From assembly GCF_050176255.1 (NCBI RefSeq), contig NZ_JBFXIE010000008.1: a DNA stretch of 64,000 nucleotides, one strand, 5' to 3'. The notes under the pieces were generated by a model. The model made no database searches. It was given only the letters and a program-made list of their open reading frames with translations, and was not told where the DNA came from. Below, one piece after another: positions 1 to 9,276 of the stretch (its first letter is position 1; every line of letters starts with the position of its first letter). This stretch comes from Diaphorobacter sp. Lineage in GTDB: Bacteria > Pseudomonadota > Gammaproteobacteria > Burkholderiales > Burkholderiaceae_C. A program made the position numbers and the translations under genes.

Positions 1-208
1 AGCCCTCGCTTTTGGGCTGGCCTTCGTACACACCCGCCACGTGGTGCGAGGCGTTGAGCGCGTGGCACACCAGCACGGCGTTGGTGCGGTCGGCGTTGAG
101 CTGGCCGTAGGTCTCGTAGGCCAGGGTGTAGTCGCGGATCGAGGCGCCCGACTGCAGCGGCAGGGCCTCGGCGAAATGCATGGATAGCGGTGTGGCGATG
201 AACGACAT
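1..208 (-). CDS. metX: Homoserine O-acetyl/succinyltransferase MetX, N-terminal fragment (gene runs off the window start)
   Basis: Reverse-strand translation [59 protein letters not shown] matches the conserved MetX N-terminus. Start is ATG at 208 or the in-frame ATG at 181. Partial, so absent from the ORF track. Confidence 0.75.
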   Translation of the reverse strand, partial: MSFIATPLSMHFAEALPLQSGASIRDYTLAYETYGQLNADRTNAVLVCHALNASHHVAGVYEGQPKSEG

Positions 209-344
209 GAAAAAACCCGGCTTCGCTAAAAACGAGGCCGGGTGCGTTGCGTGCCGGGGGTGGCAGGCGTGTCGATCGGTCACGTCTTTAGCTGGACTTG
301 TAAAGCGCCCGCAAGCGGTGCAAATCGGCGCGTTGAGCGTGCGA
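209..344 (-). promoter_or_regulatory. metX 5' leader: terminator-like hairpin abutting the start codon plus a SAM-II-like motif (candidate SAM riboswitch/attenuator)
   Basis: Minus strand reads CCCGGCC-loop-GCCGGG followed by UUUUUUC-AUG (about 209-244). Upstream is GAUUUGCACCGCUUGCGGGCGCUUUACAAGUCCAGCUAAAG (about 286-327), which resembles the GAUUU..GCUUG..AGCUAAAG signature of SAM-II elements known upstream of metX/metA. Not verified by a covariance model. Confidence 0.4.
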
Positions 345-923
345 TTATGCCAAAGGCGTCATTTGCGGTGCAAACAGCGCCAGCAGGCCCAGCACCAGGA
401 AAATCAGGGCCGACACCAGGTGCACCACGCGGATCGGCACCTTCTTGACCAGGCGATCCCCCAGCCAGACCACCGGCGCGTTGGCCAGCATCATGCCCAG
501 CGTAGTGCCGGCCACCACCCACAGGTAGGCGCTGTACTGCGCCGCCAGCATCACCGTGGCCACCTGCGTCTTGTCGCCCATCTCGGCCAGAAAGAAAGCC
601 ACCACCGTGGTGCCGAACACGCCAAAGCGTGGCGCCGTGGCCTCGCCGTCGTCGTCCAGCTTGTCGGGAATCAGCATCCACACCGCCATGGCGATGAAAG
701 ACAGCCCCAGCACCCAGCGCAGCACCTGCGGCCCCAGTACGGTGGTCACCCATGTGCCCAGGGCACCCGCCAGCGCATGGTTGGCCAGCGTAGCCACCAG
801 AATGCCCAGCACGATGGGCCAGGGCTTGCGAAAGCGCGCTGCAAGCACCAGCGACAGCAGCTGGGTTTTGTCGCCCATTTCGGCCAGGGTGACGATGGAG
901 GTGGAGACGAGGAAGGCTTCCAT
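345..923 (-). CDS. UPF0016 (GDT1/TMEM165/MneA-like) family membrane protein, putative Mn2+/Ca2+ exporter
   Basis: 192-aa hydrophobic ORF with two copies of the family motif LAEMGDKTQ. Preceded by a Mn2+ riboswitch. Confidence 0.85.
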   Translation of the reverse strand: MEAFLVSTSIVTLAEMGDKTQLLSLVLAARFRKPWPIVLGILVATLANHALAGALGTWVTTVLGPQVLRWVLGLSFIAMAVWMLIPDKLDDDGEATAPRFGVFGTTVVAFFLAEMGDKTQVATVMLAAQYSAYLWVVAGTTLGMMLANAPVVWLGDRLVKKVPIRVVHLVSALIFLVLGLLALFAPQMTPLA

Positions 924-938
924 GATGTGGTCGATCGC

Positions 939-1158
939 AAAAAATTCGGCCGGAAGGTTTCGGACAGCATTGACCGCACCCCGACTCCGGCCAGATGGAT
1001 CGGTGCGCAGTCAATGGTCTCGCCCAGCCCGCCGTTGCAGCGGGCCTCATGCACCATGGCGCCCGCGGGCCCCAAGTCTGTTGATGCATGCCTCCTCTCG
1101 CGCCCACCCGGCCTCAAGGCATCGGGCGCACGCGGGGCAGGCTACTCCCCATGGACGG
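939..1158 (-). ncRNA. yybP-ykoY (Mn2+) riboswitch with terminator-type expression platform
   Basis: Minus strand has CCAUGG-GGAGUAGC (plus coordinates 1141-1154) and a closing GCGAGA-CCAU(UG) near 1012-1022, the same P1/L1 architecture as known yybP-ykoY RNAs (AAAGGGGAGUAG...AAGACCUUU). Downstream is GGCCGGAG...CUUCCGGCC GAAUUUUUU (about 939-992). Sits directly 5' of a UPF0016 gene, a known association. Confidence 0.7.
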
Positions 1159-1419
1159 CGGCGATTCTATCCGCCGCCCGATGCGTCAGGGGCTGAGAAC
1201 GCTCCTGAAAAAATACCTCCGCAAATACCCTGAAAAGTGTTGCTGGCGCGCACCTGAGGCGGTTGCGCGCAGCAGGGATCGTTGATAATGCCCGAGCTTT
1301 TTTGTTGAACAGGAAAGCGGGTTGCGGTGTTTGGTCAGTTTCGCGTCTTTGAAGTCATCACAGGTTTGTTGATTGCGTCGGGCTCCATCGCATGTCATGT
1401 TTTTTCTAGGAGTCCGATC

Positions 1420-1794
1420 ATGGGCAACAAACTTTACGTGGGCAATCTGCCTTATTCCTTCCGCGACCAAGATCTGGAGCAGACCTTCGGCCAATTCGGC
1501 GCCGTGCAAAGCGCCAAGGTCATGATGGAGCGCGACACCGGCCGCTCCAAGGGTTTTGGTTTCGTCGAAATGGGCAGCGACGCTGAAGCCCAGGCCGCCA
1601 TCCAGGGCGTGCACGGTCAAAACTTCGGCGGCCGTGACCTGGTGGTCAACGAGGCTCGTCCCATGGAGCCCCGTCCCCCGCGCAGCGGCGGCGGTGGTTA
1701 CGGCGGCGGCGGTGGCGGCTACGGTGGTGGCCGCAGCGGTGGTGGTTATGGCGGCGGTGGCGGCGGCTACGGCGGTGGCCGTTCCAGCTACTGA
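1420..1794 (+). CDS. RRM-type RNA-binding protein with glycine-rich C-terminal tail
   Basis: RNP-2 LYVGNL and RNP-1 KGFGFVEM, with a GGYGGGGGG repeat tail. AGGAG lies upstream of the ATG at 1420; the ORF-track start at 1327 is an upstream alternative start. Confidence 0.9.
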   Translation: MGNKLYVGNLPYSFRDQDLEQTFGQFGAVQSAKVMMERDTGRSKGFGFVEMGSDAEAQAAIQGVHGQNFGGRDLVVNEARPMEPRPPRSGGGGYGGGGGGYGGGRSGGGYGGGGGGYGGGRSSY

Positions 1795-1805
1795 TCTGCA
1801 CAGTG

Positions 1806-1835
1806 AAAAAAGGGCCTTCTAGGCCCTTTTTCTTT
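1806..1835 (+). terminator. Rho-independent terminator
   Basis: AAAAAGGGCC-TTCT-AGGCCCTTTTTCTTT immediately after the stop codon. Confidence 0.8.
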
Positions 1836-2033
1836 GGACGCAAATGGTCATAAGGCCAGAGGAAATCCCTTGCATTTTCATGGGCGTTGTGGCCCATAAT
1901 GTTTTGGCGGGATTTTTCTTCCTGTCGATGTTGCGGTGATCCGTCGGTTTTCGCGCATAGGGCGTCTTTGTGATTAACTGGCTGCGGTTTCGGGACTCCG
2001 TTGCTCAATCCATTTGTTTTTAGGAGTCCCTTG

Positions 2034-2522
2034 ATGGGCAGCAAACTGTATGTCGGCAACCTGCCGTATTCGGTGCGTGACAGCGATCTCGAACAAGCCT
2101 TCAGCCAGTTTGGCGCGGTCGTCAGCGCCAAGGTGATGATGGAGCGCGAAACAGGCCGTTCCAAGGGCTTCGGTTTCGTGGAAATGGGCAGTGATGCCGA
2201 AGCACAACAAGCCATCAACGGCATGAACGGACAGTCGCTGGGCGGCCGCAGTGTCGTCGTCAACGAAGCCCGTCCCATGGAGTCGCGCCCCCCGCGTAGT
2301 GGCGGGTATGGCGGCGGCGGTGGTGGCGGCTACGGTGGTGGCGGCGGTGGTGGTTACGGGGGCGGCGGCGGTGGCTACGGTGGAGGCCGCAATGCGGGCG
2401 GTGGAGGTGGCGGTCGCGGGGAAGGCGGCTTTCGCAGCCCCTATGGCTCCGGCCCGCGCGGCGGTGGTGGTGGCGGCGGTGGTCGTGGCGGCTACGGCGG
2501 CGATCGCAACGGCGGCTATTGA
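2034..2522 (+). CDS. RRM-type RNA-binding protein with glycine-rich tail (tandem paralog)
   Basis: MGSKLYVGNLPYS...KGFGFVEM followed by a long GGGYGGG tail. TAGGAGTCC RBS is identical to the upstream paralog. Start at 2034 lies inside ORF 2001..2522. Confidence 0.9.
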   Translation: MGSKLYVGNLPYSVRDSDLEQAFSQFGAVVSAKVMMERETGRSKGFGFVEMGSDAEAQQAINGMNGQSLGGRSVVVNEARPMESRPPRSGGYGGGGGGGYGGGGGGGYGGGGGGYGGGRNAGGGGGGRGEGGFRSPYGSGPRGGGGGGGGRGGYGGDRNGGY

Positions 2523-2563
2523 TACCCTCAGCGTTGCCGCGCAGGTTCTGCCTGCCAATCCAC

Positions 2564-2594
2564 AAAAAGGCTCTTGAAAGGAGCCTTTTTTTGT
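2564..2594. terminator. Hairpin terminator between convergent genes
   Basis: AAAAAGGCTC-TTGAAA-GGAGCCTTTTTTTG; flanked by A- and T-runs, so potentially bidirectional. Confidence 0.75.
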
Positions 2595-2610
2595 TGTCCG
2601 TCCCGCCCGT

Positions 2611-3438
2611 TCAGGGCTGGCTGTCCTGCCCCTGCCGGTGCTTGCGCGGGCGGCCCTGCAGCAGGCGGTCAAACCATGCATTGGGCAGCGTCCGCAGCAG
2701 TCCGGCCGCCACGCCCATCTGCCAGGGGATCACGCGGTAGCTGGCCCCCGATGCGATGACCTGGAATGCGCGCTCGGCAAAGTCTTCGGGGCGCATCAAA
2801 AAAGGCATCGGGTAGCGGTTTTGCCGTGTGAGCGGCGTGTCCACATAGCCCGGGCAGATCGTGACCACCCGCACCCCGCTGCCGCGCAGCTCGCCGCGCA
2901 GGCTCTCGCAGTAGCTGATGACCGCAGCCTTGCTGGCGCAGTAGGCGCCATGCCCGGGCAAGCCGCGGATGCCCGCCACACTGCCCATGCCCACCAGCCG
3001 CCCGCTGCCGCGCTGCACCATGGCGTTGATGAAGGGGTGAAAGGTGGCGGCCATGCCGAGGTTGTTGGTGGCGTAGATGCGCGCCATGACGTCAAGGTCT
3101 GCGCGCTCGGCCGTGTCCACGCCGATGCTGATGCCCGCATTGGCGATCACCACGTCGGGCAGGCCCTGGCGGCTCATGCAGGCCTGGCCTGCGGCAATGA
3201 TGCTGTCGGTGTCGGCTACGTCTGCACTATATATTTGATAGCTGTCAGCGCTTATTTTGCGTGCGCTAGCCCATGATTTGACTTCATCAACCCGTCGCGC
3301 CACCAGTGCCAGCCGCCAGCCGGCGCGGTGGTAACGCCAGGCCAGCGCCTGCCCTATGCCGCTGGATGCGCCGGTGATGAAAACAAGGGGGAGGTCAAGC
3401 GGCGCCTGTGTATCCGGTGGGTGCAGGTGATTCGGCAC
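2611..3438 (-). CDS. Short-chain dehydrogenase/reductase (SDR) family oxidoreductase
   Basis: TGASSGIGQA Rossmann motif and catalytic YCASK (Y-x-x-x-K). Confidence 0.85.
   Translation of the reverse strand: MPNHLHPPDTQAPLDLPLVFITGASSGIGQALAWRYHRAGWRLALVARRVDEVKSWASARKISADSYQIYSADVADTDSIIAAGQACMSRQGLPDVVIANAGISIGVDTAERADLDVMARIYATNNLGMAATFHPFINAMVQRGSGRLVGMGSVAGIRGLPGHGAYCASKAAVISYCESLRGELRGSGVRVVTICPGYVDTPLTRQNRYPMPFLMRPEDFAERAFQVIASGASYRVIPWQMGVAAGLLRTLPNAWFDRLLQGRPRKHRQGQDSQP
3231..3290 (+). repeat. AT-rich dispersed hairpin repeat, copy A (inside the SDR CDS, antisense)
   Basis: ATTTGATAGCTGTCAGCGCTTATTTTGCGTGCGCTAGCCCATGATTTGACTTC aligns with copies B-H. It encodes KSWASARKISADSYQIY without breaking the frame. 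Confidence 0.6.
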
Positions 3439-3449
3439 GGCCTGCGACT

Positions 3450-4070
3450 TCAGCGGCGCGCCGGCGCCGGCATCAGTGTGCCGCGCACGCGACCGCGCAG
3501 GTTCATGACCTGATCCAGGTTGTCGTAATCCATCTGGTCGGCCGTGAAGGTGTCGGCGCCGCGCCTGAGCGTGACGGGCTGGCTGGAGCGCACGCGTTCT
3601 TCGTTCACCCAGGCATGCAGGAACTCGCCGCGCAACTCCAGTCGTGGCAGAGGCTGGCCTTGCGTGCGCGCCACGGGTTCGCGGATGACGACGGCATTGC
3701 CAAAAAGCTGCACTTCGGTGCCGTCGGCATTGCTGATCGCGCGGTTGGCGGTGGCAGTGGTGACGCGCCCCTGCGCATTCACCGAGCGCATGCGCGCCTG
3801 GTCGATCTCCAGGGTGTCGGTGTCGGCAAAGTGCTGCACCAGCGCGCCCCTGATCTCGCTTTGCAGGCGCCCGGTGGCGTCAAAACTTTTGACGGCAAAG
3901 TCGCGCATGAAGTAGTCGGGCTCGTGGCCGACGATGCGCTCTTGCACCGGCTGCTGGGGCTTGGGCGCATTGCGCACCAGCCACCAGGTGCCCAGCGCCA
4001 GCAAACCCATGAGCACCACGGGCAGGTAGATGGTGAGGCGCTCCCACGCCTGTTGAAGGGATCGGTTCAT
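3450..4070 (-). CDS. lptC: LPS export system protein LptC
   Basis: N-terminal membrane anchor (LTIYLPVVLMGLLALGTWWLV) followed by a soluble domain. Occupies the conserved position after kdsD-kdsC. ATG at 4070 overlaps the kdsC stop; the ORF-track start at 4130 is probably too long. Confidence 0.75.
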   Translation of the reverse strand: MNRSLQQAWERLTIYLPVVLMGLLALGTWWLVRNAPKPQQPVQERIVGHEPDYFMRDFAVKSFDATGRLQSEIRGALVQHFADTDTLEIDQARMRSVNAQGRVTTATANRAISNADGTEVQLFGNAVVIREPVARTQGQPLPRLELRGEFLHAWVNEERVRSSQPVTLRRGADTFTADQMDYDNLDQVMNLRGRVRGTLMPAPARR

Positions 4071-4639
4071 CAGGCGTGCTTTGCCAGCAGGCTGGCATAG
4101 CGCCCGCTGGCCACCAGCAGCAGGTCGCAAAACTCCCGCGCCGCACCAGCGCCGCCGGGCGCGGCGGTGACATGGTGCGCGATGGCACGGGCTTCGATAT
4201 GCCCCTGGGCGGGCGCGCAGGCCAAGGCGGCGCGCCGCATCACGGCCAGGTCGGGCCAGTCGTCGCCCATAGCGGCGGCCTGCTGCCAGTCCAGGCCCAG
4301 CTCGGCCAGGATGGCCTCGGCCGCGGGGCGTTTGTCTTCGGTGCCAAAGCGCGCATGCGCCACGCCCAGGGCCTGCAGGCGCAGGCGCAGCGCGGGCGAG
4401 TCGCGGCCGGTGATGACGGCGGGCGTGATGCCGGCCTGCTGCAGCAGTTTGATGCCGTGGCCGTCCAGGGTGTTGAAGCGCTTGAGCGTTTCGCCGTGCT
4501 CCGAGAAGTACAGGCCGCCGTCGGTCAGCACGCCGTCCACGTCGAAGAACGCCACGCGCACGTCCTGCGCGCGCAGCAGCAGTGCGGGGTCGAACTGCTG
4601 CGCGGGCTGCAGCGGGGGCAAGTCGGTATGGGCCGTCAT
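4070..4639 (-). CDS. kdsC: 3-deoxy-D-manno-octulosonate 8-phosphate phosphatase KdsC (HAD family)
   Basis: HAD motif I FFDVDGVLTDG, GDDWPD motif, operon context. Confidence 0.9.
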   Translation of the reverse strand: MTAHTDLPPLQPAQQFDPALLLRAQDVRVAFFDVDGVLTDGGLYFSEHGETLKRFNTLDGHGIKLLQQAGITPAVITGRDSPALRLRLQALGVAHARFGTEDKRPAAEAILAELGLDWQQAAAMGDDWPDLAVMRRAALACAPAQGHIEARAIAHHVTAAPGGAGAAREFCDLLLVASGRYASLLAKHA

Positions 4640-5640
4640 CAGATCACCTTGGCACGCATCAGGTCGCCGATATGCACCACGCCCACCAGCAGGCCCTGCG
4701 CGTCGGTGACCAGCACGCTGGTGATGGCATGGCGCTCCATGGCCTGGGCGGCGTCGGCGGCCAGGGCATCGGCCGCGATGGTGCGTGGCTGGGCGTGCAT
4801 CAGGTCCTGGGCGCGCATGCCGCGCAGGTCTGCGCCGGCCTCGATGCGCCGGCGCAGGTCGCCGTCGGTGAAGATGCCCACGGGCCGGCCAGCTTCGTCC
4901 ACCACGGCGGCGGCGCCCACGCCCTTGGCGCTCATCTCGCGCATCAGCGTGCTGAAGTCGGCCTGCGGCGGCACGCGCGGCACCTGGTCGCCGGTGCGCA
5001 TCACGTCGCGCACATGGGTCAGCAGCTTGCGGCCCAGCGCGCCGCCGGGGTGCGAGCGCGCAAAGTCCTCGGGCCGAAAGCCCCGCGCATCCAGCAGGGC
5101 CACGGCCAGAGCGTCGCCCATGGCCAGTTGCGTCGTGGTGCTGGTGGTGGGCGCCAGGTTCAGCGGGCAGGCTTCGCGTTGCACGCTGCAGTCCAGCACC
5201 AGATCGGCATAGCGCGCCAGCGTGGACTGCAGGCCGCCGGTCATGGCAATCAGGGGCACGCCCTGGCGCTTGAGCATGGGCAGCAGCACGGTGATTTCGC
5301 TGCTCTCGCCGCTGTTGGACAGGGCCAGCAGCAGATCGACGCCGGTCACCATGCCCAGGTCGCCGTGGCTGGCCTCGGCCGGGTGCACAAAGAAAGACGG
5401 CGTGCCGGTGGAGGCCAGCGTGGCGGCGATCTTGCGCCCCACATGGCCGCTCTTGCCCATGCCCATGACGACCACGCGGCCCGGCGTGGCCAGGATGCGC
5501 TGCACGGCCTGCACGAAACTGTCGCCCAGCCGTGCGGCCATGTGCTGCAGCGCTTCGGCCTCAATGTGGACGGTCTCGCGGCCCAGGCGCAGGGCCTGCT
5601 CGGCATCGAAAGGCGAGGTGGGAGCGAAAGCGTGGGGCAT
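4639..5640 (-). CDS. kdsD: Arabinose-5-phosphate isomerase KdsD (SIS + tandem CBS)
   Basis: GMGKSGHVGRKIAATLASTGTPSFFVHPAEASHGDLG SIS signature with C-terminal CBS pair. Confidence 0.92.
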   Translation of the reverse strand: MPHAFAPTSPFDAEQALRLGRETVHIEAEALQHMAARLGDSFVQAVQRILATPGRVVVMGMGKSGHVGRKIAATLASTGTPSFFVHPAEASHGDLGMVTGVDLLLALSNSGESSEITVLLPMLKRQGVPLIAMTGGLQSTLARYADLVLDCSVQREACPLNLAPTTSTTTQLAMGDALAVALLDARGFRPEDFARSHPGGALGRKLLTHVRDVMRTGDQVPRVPPQADFSTLMREMSAKGVGAAAVVDEAGRPVGIFTDGDLRRRIEAGADLRGMRAQDLMHAQPRTIAADALAADAAQAMERHAITSVLVTDAQGLLVGVVHIGDLMRAKVI

Positions 5641-5688
5641 CGCAAGATTCTATCGGCCGCCCCGGCTGCCGCTGGGCTACGATGAAAC

Positions 5689-7674
5689 ATGTCCTCGCTT
5701 GCATTGACTTTGCTGTATCTGCTGGCCGCGGTGCTGGGCGTGGTGGCCTGCCGCAGCCTGCGGCTGCCGCCCATGATGGGCTACCTGGCCGCGGGCATCC
5801 TCATCGGCCCGCATGCGCTGGCGCTCACGCAAAACTCCGAAGCCGTGCGCCATCTGGGCGAATTCGGCGTGGTGTTTCTCATGTTCACCATCGGGCTGGA
5901 GTTCAACCTGCCCAAGCTGCGGGCCATGCGCCGCCATGTGTTCGGGCTGGGGCTGCTGCAGGTGATGGCGTGCATGGCGGCCTTCACCGTCGGGCTGCTG
6001 GTGCTGGCGCGGCTGATGGGCGGTGTCTGGGACATGGGCTGGCAGACGGCGCTGGCACTGGGCGGCACGCTGGCCATGAGCAGCACGGCGATTGTGGTCA
6101 AGCTGATGGCCGAGCGCGGCGAGCTGGAGACCGAGCACGGCCGGCGCGTGCTGGGCATTTTGCTGTTTCAGGACCTGGCGGTGGTGCCCCTGCTGGTGCT
6201 GGTGCCCGCGCTGGGCTCGTCGCCCGACCGGCTTTTGACCGCCCTGGGCCTGGCGCTGCTCAAGGCAGCGTTGCTGGTGGGCCTGCTGCTGTCGGGCGGG
6301 CAGCGCGTGATGCGCTGGTGGCTCACCCAGGTGGCGCGGCGCAAGAGCGACGAGCTGTTCATGCTCAACCTGCTGCTGGTCACGCTGGGGCTGGCCTGGC
6401 TGACCGAGCTGGCCGGGCTGAGTCTGGCGCTGGGCGCCTTCATTGCCGGCGTGCTGGTGTCCGAGACCGAATACCGCCACCAGGTGGGCACGGACATCCG
6501 CCCGTTCCACGACGTGCTGCTGGGGCTGTTCTTCATCACCGTGGGCATGATGCTGGACTGGCACATCCTGCTGGATCACTGGGCCCTGGTGCTGGTGCTG
6601 CTGGCGGTGCCGTTGTTGGTCAAGACCGTCATCATCGTCGCACTGGCGCATGGCCTGGGGGCTACGGCCGGGGTGTCGCTGCGCACGGCGCTGTATGTGG
6701 CGCAGGCGGGCGAGTTCGGCTTCGTGCTGCTGGCGCTGATGCAGACCCACGGCCTGCTGCAGCCCGCGCTGATGAACCCGGTGCTGGTGGCCATGGTGCT
6801 GTCCATGCTGGCCACGCCGTTCTTGATTCAGTACAGCAACCGCATCGTCATGAAGCTGGTGGCCAGCGACTGGTTGCAGCAGTCGCTGCAGGTGACCAGC
6901 ATTGCGCGGCAAGCCATCAACACCAGCGGCCATGTGCTGATCTGCGGCTACGGCCGTTGCGGTCAGAACCTGGCGCGCATGCTCGAGCGCGAGGGCATCC
7001 CCTACATGGCGCTGGACCTGGACCCCGACCGGGTGCGCCAGGCCGCTGCCGCAGGAGACTCGGTGGTGTTTGGCGACGCCACGCGGGTGCAGGCGCTCAA
7101 GGCCGCGGGCCTGGTGCGGGCTGCCGCAGTGGCTGTCACCTACCTGGACACGCCGGCCGCTCTCAAGGTGCTGGCCCACGCGCGTGCGCAGGCGCCCCAT
7201 GTGCCGGTGGTGGTGCGCACGCAGGATGACCTGCACCTGGACAAGCTGCTGGCCGCCGGCGCCACCGAGGTCGTGCCCGAGGCCATCGAGGGCTCGCTGA
7301 TGCTGGCCGGCCATGCCCTGGCCCTGGTGGGCGTGCCCATGCGCCGCGTGCTGCGTCTGGTGCAAGACCAGCGCGAAGCGCGCTACGGCCTGCTGCGCGG
7401 CTACTTTCATGGTGCCGACGACGACACGGTGGCCGAGCGCGACCAGCAGCGCCTGTACTCCATCACCCTGCCCCCGGGCGCCGCCGCGGTGGGCGGCAGC
7501 CCCTCTGATCAGCCCCTGCGCGCCATGGGCGTGCGGCTGGTCAACGTGCGCCGCGCCAGCGGCCACCGGGGCGCCGCCGACGATGCCGCCGTGCTGGCAG
7601 AGGGCGACACCCTGGTGCTTTGCGGCCACCCCGCAGCGCTCAGCCTGGCCGAAGAGAAACTGCTGCGCGGCTGA
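5689..7674 (+). CDS. Monovalent cation:proton antiporter-2 (CPA2, KefB/YbaL-like) with TrkA-N/TrkA-C domains
   Basis: 661 aa. About 12 TM N-terminal Na+/H+ exchanger-like domain, then [11 protein letters not shown] Rossmann (TrkA-N) and a C-terminal TrkA-C-like domain. Confidence 0.85.
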   Translation: MSSLALTLLYLLAAVLGVVACRSLRLPPMMGYLAAGILIGPHALALTQNSEAVRHLGEFGVVFLMFTIGLEFNLPKLRAMRRHVFGLGLLQVMACMAAFTVGLLVLARLMGGVWDMGWQTALALGGTLAMSSTAIVVKLMAERGELETEHGRRVLGILLFQDLAVVPLLVLVPALGSSPDRLLTALGLALLKAALLVGLLLSGGQRVMRWWLTQVARRKSDELFMLNLLLVTLGLAWLTELAGLSLALGAFIAGVLVSETEYRHQVGTDIRPFHDVLLGLFFITVGMMLDWHILLDHWALVLVLLAVPLLVKTVIIVALAHGLGATAGVSLRTALYVAQAGEFGFVLLALMQTHGLLQPALMNPVLVAMVLSMLATPFLIQYSNRIVMKLVASDWLQQSLQVTSIARQAINTSGHVLICGYGRCGQNLARMLEREGIPYMALDLDPDRVRQAAAAGDSVVFGDATRVQALKAAGLVRAAAVAVTYLDTPAALKVLAHARAQAPHVPVVVRTQDDLHLDKLLAAGATEVVPEAIEGSLMLAGHALALVGVPMRRVLRLVQDQREARYGLLRGYFHGADDDTVAERDQQRLYSITLPPGAAAVGGSPSDQPLRAMGVRLVNVRRASGHRGAADDAAVLAEGDTLVLCGHPAALSLAEEKLLRG

Positions 7675-7706
7675 TTACACTGGCTGCTCACGACAGACCA
7701 CCGCCT

Positions 7707-8252
7707 ATGCCCAGCCTCAGCGTCACCGACTATCTGCGTCAGCACATCCGCACCGTGCCCGACTGGCCGGCCCCGGGCGTGCAGTTTCGCGACATCACTC
7801 CCCTGCTGCAAAACCCGAAGGTGTTTCGCGTCCTGATCGACGCCTTCGTGCATCGCTACATGGATGGCGCCCTGCGCCCCGATGTGGTGGCGGGGCTGGA
7901 CGCGCGCGGCTTCATCATCGGCGCCGTGGTGGCGTATGAGCTCAATGTCGGCTTCGTGCCTATCCGCAAAAAGGGCAAGCTGCCCTTCACCACCATTGAG
8001 GAAACCTACGAGCTGGAATACGGCAGCGCCACGGTACAGCTGCACGCCGACGCCGTCCAGCCGGGAGACCGCGTGCTGCTCATCGACGACCTGATAGCCA
8101 CTGGCGGCACCATGATGGCGGGCAAGAAGCTGCTCGAAAAGCTGGGCGCCCGCGTTCTGGAGGGTGCCGCCATCGTTGACTTGCCCCAGCTGGGTGGCTC
8201 GGCACGCCTGCGCGCCAGCGGCCTGCAACTGTTCACGCTGATGGATTTTTGA
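7707..8252 (+). CDS. apt: Adenine phosphoribosyltransferase
   Basis: PRPP-binding motif [13 protein letters not shown] and conserved FRDITPLL. Start MPSLSV at 7707 lies within ORF 7620..8252. Confidence 0.93.
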   Translation: MPSLSVTDYLRQHIRTVPDWPAPGVQFRDITPLLQNPKVFRVLIDAFVHRYMDGALRPDVVAGLDARGFIIGAVVAYELNVGFVPIRKKGKLPFTTIEETYELEYGSATVQLHADAVQPGDRVLLIDDLIATGGTMMAGKKLLEKLGARVLEGAAIVDLPQLGGSARLRASGLQLFTLMDF

Positions 8253-8259
8253 CGTCCAA

Positions 8260-8295
8260 CGGCGGCGGTCTGATCGCCAGGCCAGGCCGCCGCCG
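8260..8295. terminator. GC-rich hairpin between convergent genes
   Basis: GGCGGCGG...CCGCCGCC stem between the apt stop and the stop of the 8307 gene. Confidence 0.5.
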
Positions 8296-8306
8296 ACCAT
8301 CCAGGG

Positions 8307-9188
8307 TCAGCGCAGTTCGCCGTACTGCGTGGTGCTCAGGTCGGGGGCGGGTGAGTTCTGGCCGGGGATCACCGTATCCTCGAAGCCGTGCATCAAGGGG
8401 TTTCGTGTGAGCAGCGGGCCGCTGCGCGTGGCAACCCCGGGTGCGAGTGGCGCAGCCGCTGACTGGGCTGCAGCGCCAGCCAGGGCTTCCTTGAAGGCGG
8501 CCACCTCGTCGGCCTCGATGGGCTCGAAACGTGGCGTGGGGCGCGGCGCCGGAGCCGGCGGCAGCAGGGGCGCAGGGCGCGACACCGGATCGCCCAGGCG
8601 GGCGGCCAGGGGCCGGGGTGCAGCGGCAATATGTGCCGGCGCGGTTGTAGGCGCCGAGGCTGGCGCCCGCGGTGGCTGCGTGTGCTGCGGCGCGGCCGCC
8701 GATGACATGGGACGCGCGTGCGCGGCGCTTGCAATCTGGTCGTTGGTGCGCCAGTACACGGCCTGCACCAGTATGTCGTGGCGCGACTTGGCTGCCTGGG
8801 TGATCAGGGCCTCGATCTCGGCCAGGCGCGCGATGTCGTTGGCGTATTCGGGGGCCAGATCCATCATCACCAGAAACTGCGCGCCCCGCTGATCCAGAGA
8901 AAGCACCTTGAATTTGTAGCCTGCCGACAGCACGCCGGCGCGCACCATCGCATCGCGCACCACGGTGTACAGCAGCTCGCGCCGCTCCATGCGCTCATTC
9001 TTGCGCTCGGTCTCCTGGTCGCGCGTCGTTGGCTGATGGGCAAGGGGCTTACTGTTGCGTGCCTGTGGCGCAGGCGCAGGCGCAGGCGCAGCGCTGCCTG
9101 CATGCGGGCGCGCAGGGGTACCGGGGGCCCGGCGCGGCGCCTGCGCCCGGGGTTTGAATGTGTGAGTGAACCAGCTGAACAACGACAT
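8307..9188 (-). CDS. Hypothetical protein, Pro/Ala-rich with a conserved-looking central domain
   Basis: 293-aa ORF in the strong GC3 frame. Low-complexity APAPAP/PRP flanks surround ELLYTVVRDAMVRAGVLSAGYKFKVLSLDQRGAQFLVMMDL. No recognisable family. Confidence 0.5.
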   Translation of the reverse strand: MSLFSWFTHTFKPRAQAPRRAPGTPARPHAGSAAPAPAPAPQARNSKPLAHQPTTRDQETERKNERMERRELLYTVVRDAMVRAGVLSAGYKFKVLSLDQRGAQFLVMMDLAPEYANDIARLAEIEALITQAAKSRHDILVQAVYWRTNDQIASAAHARPMSSAAAPQHTQPPRAPASAPTTAPAHIAAAPRPLAARLGDPVSRPAPLLPPAPAPRPTPRFEPIEADEVAAFKEALAGAAAQSAAAPLAPGVATRSGPLLTRNPLMHGFEDTVIPGQNSPAPDLSTTQYGELR

Positions 9189-9276
9189 GCGATGCTTTCA
9201 CGCAAGAGTGCAAAATTGACGCGCAGCTTACTGCACACGCCAGTCACCTAGGTGACACTGCCCGGCGTACTGGCGA

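Noticed and set aside
9243-9256. Perfect 14-bp palindrome GTCACCTAGGTGAC between the cNMP-binding gene and the Pro/Ala-rich hypothetical gene.
   Set aside because: It is a single short palindrome with no T-tract and no second copy in the window. It could be an operator, but the sequence alone cannot support a call.
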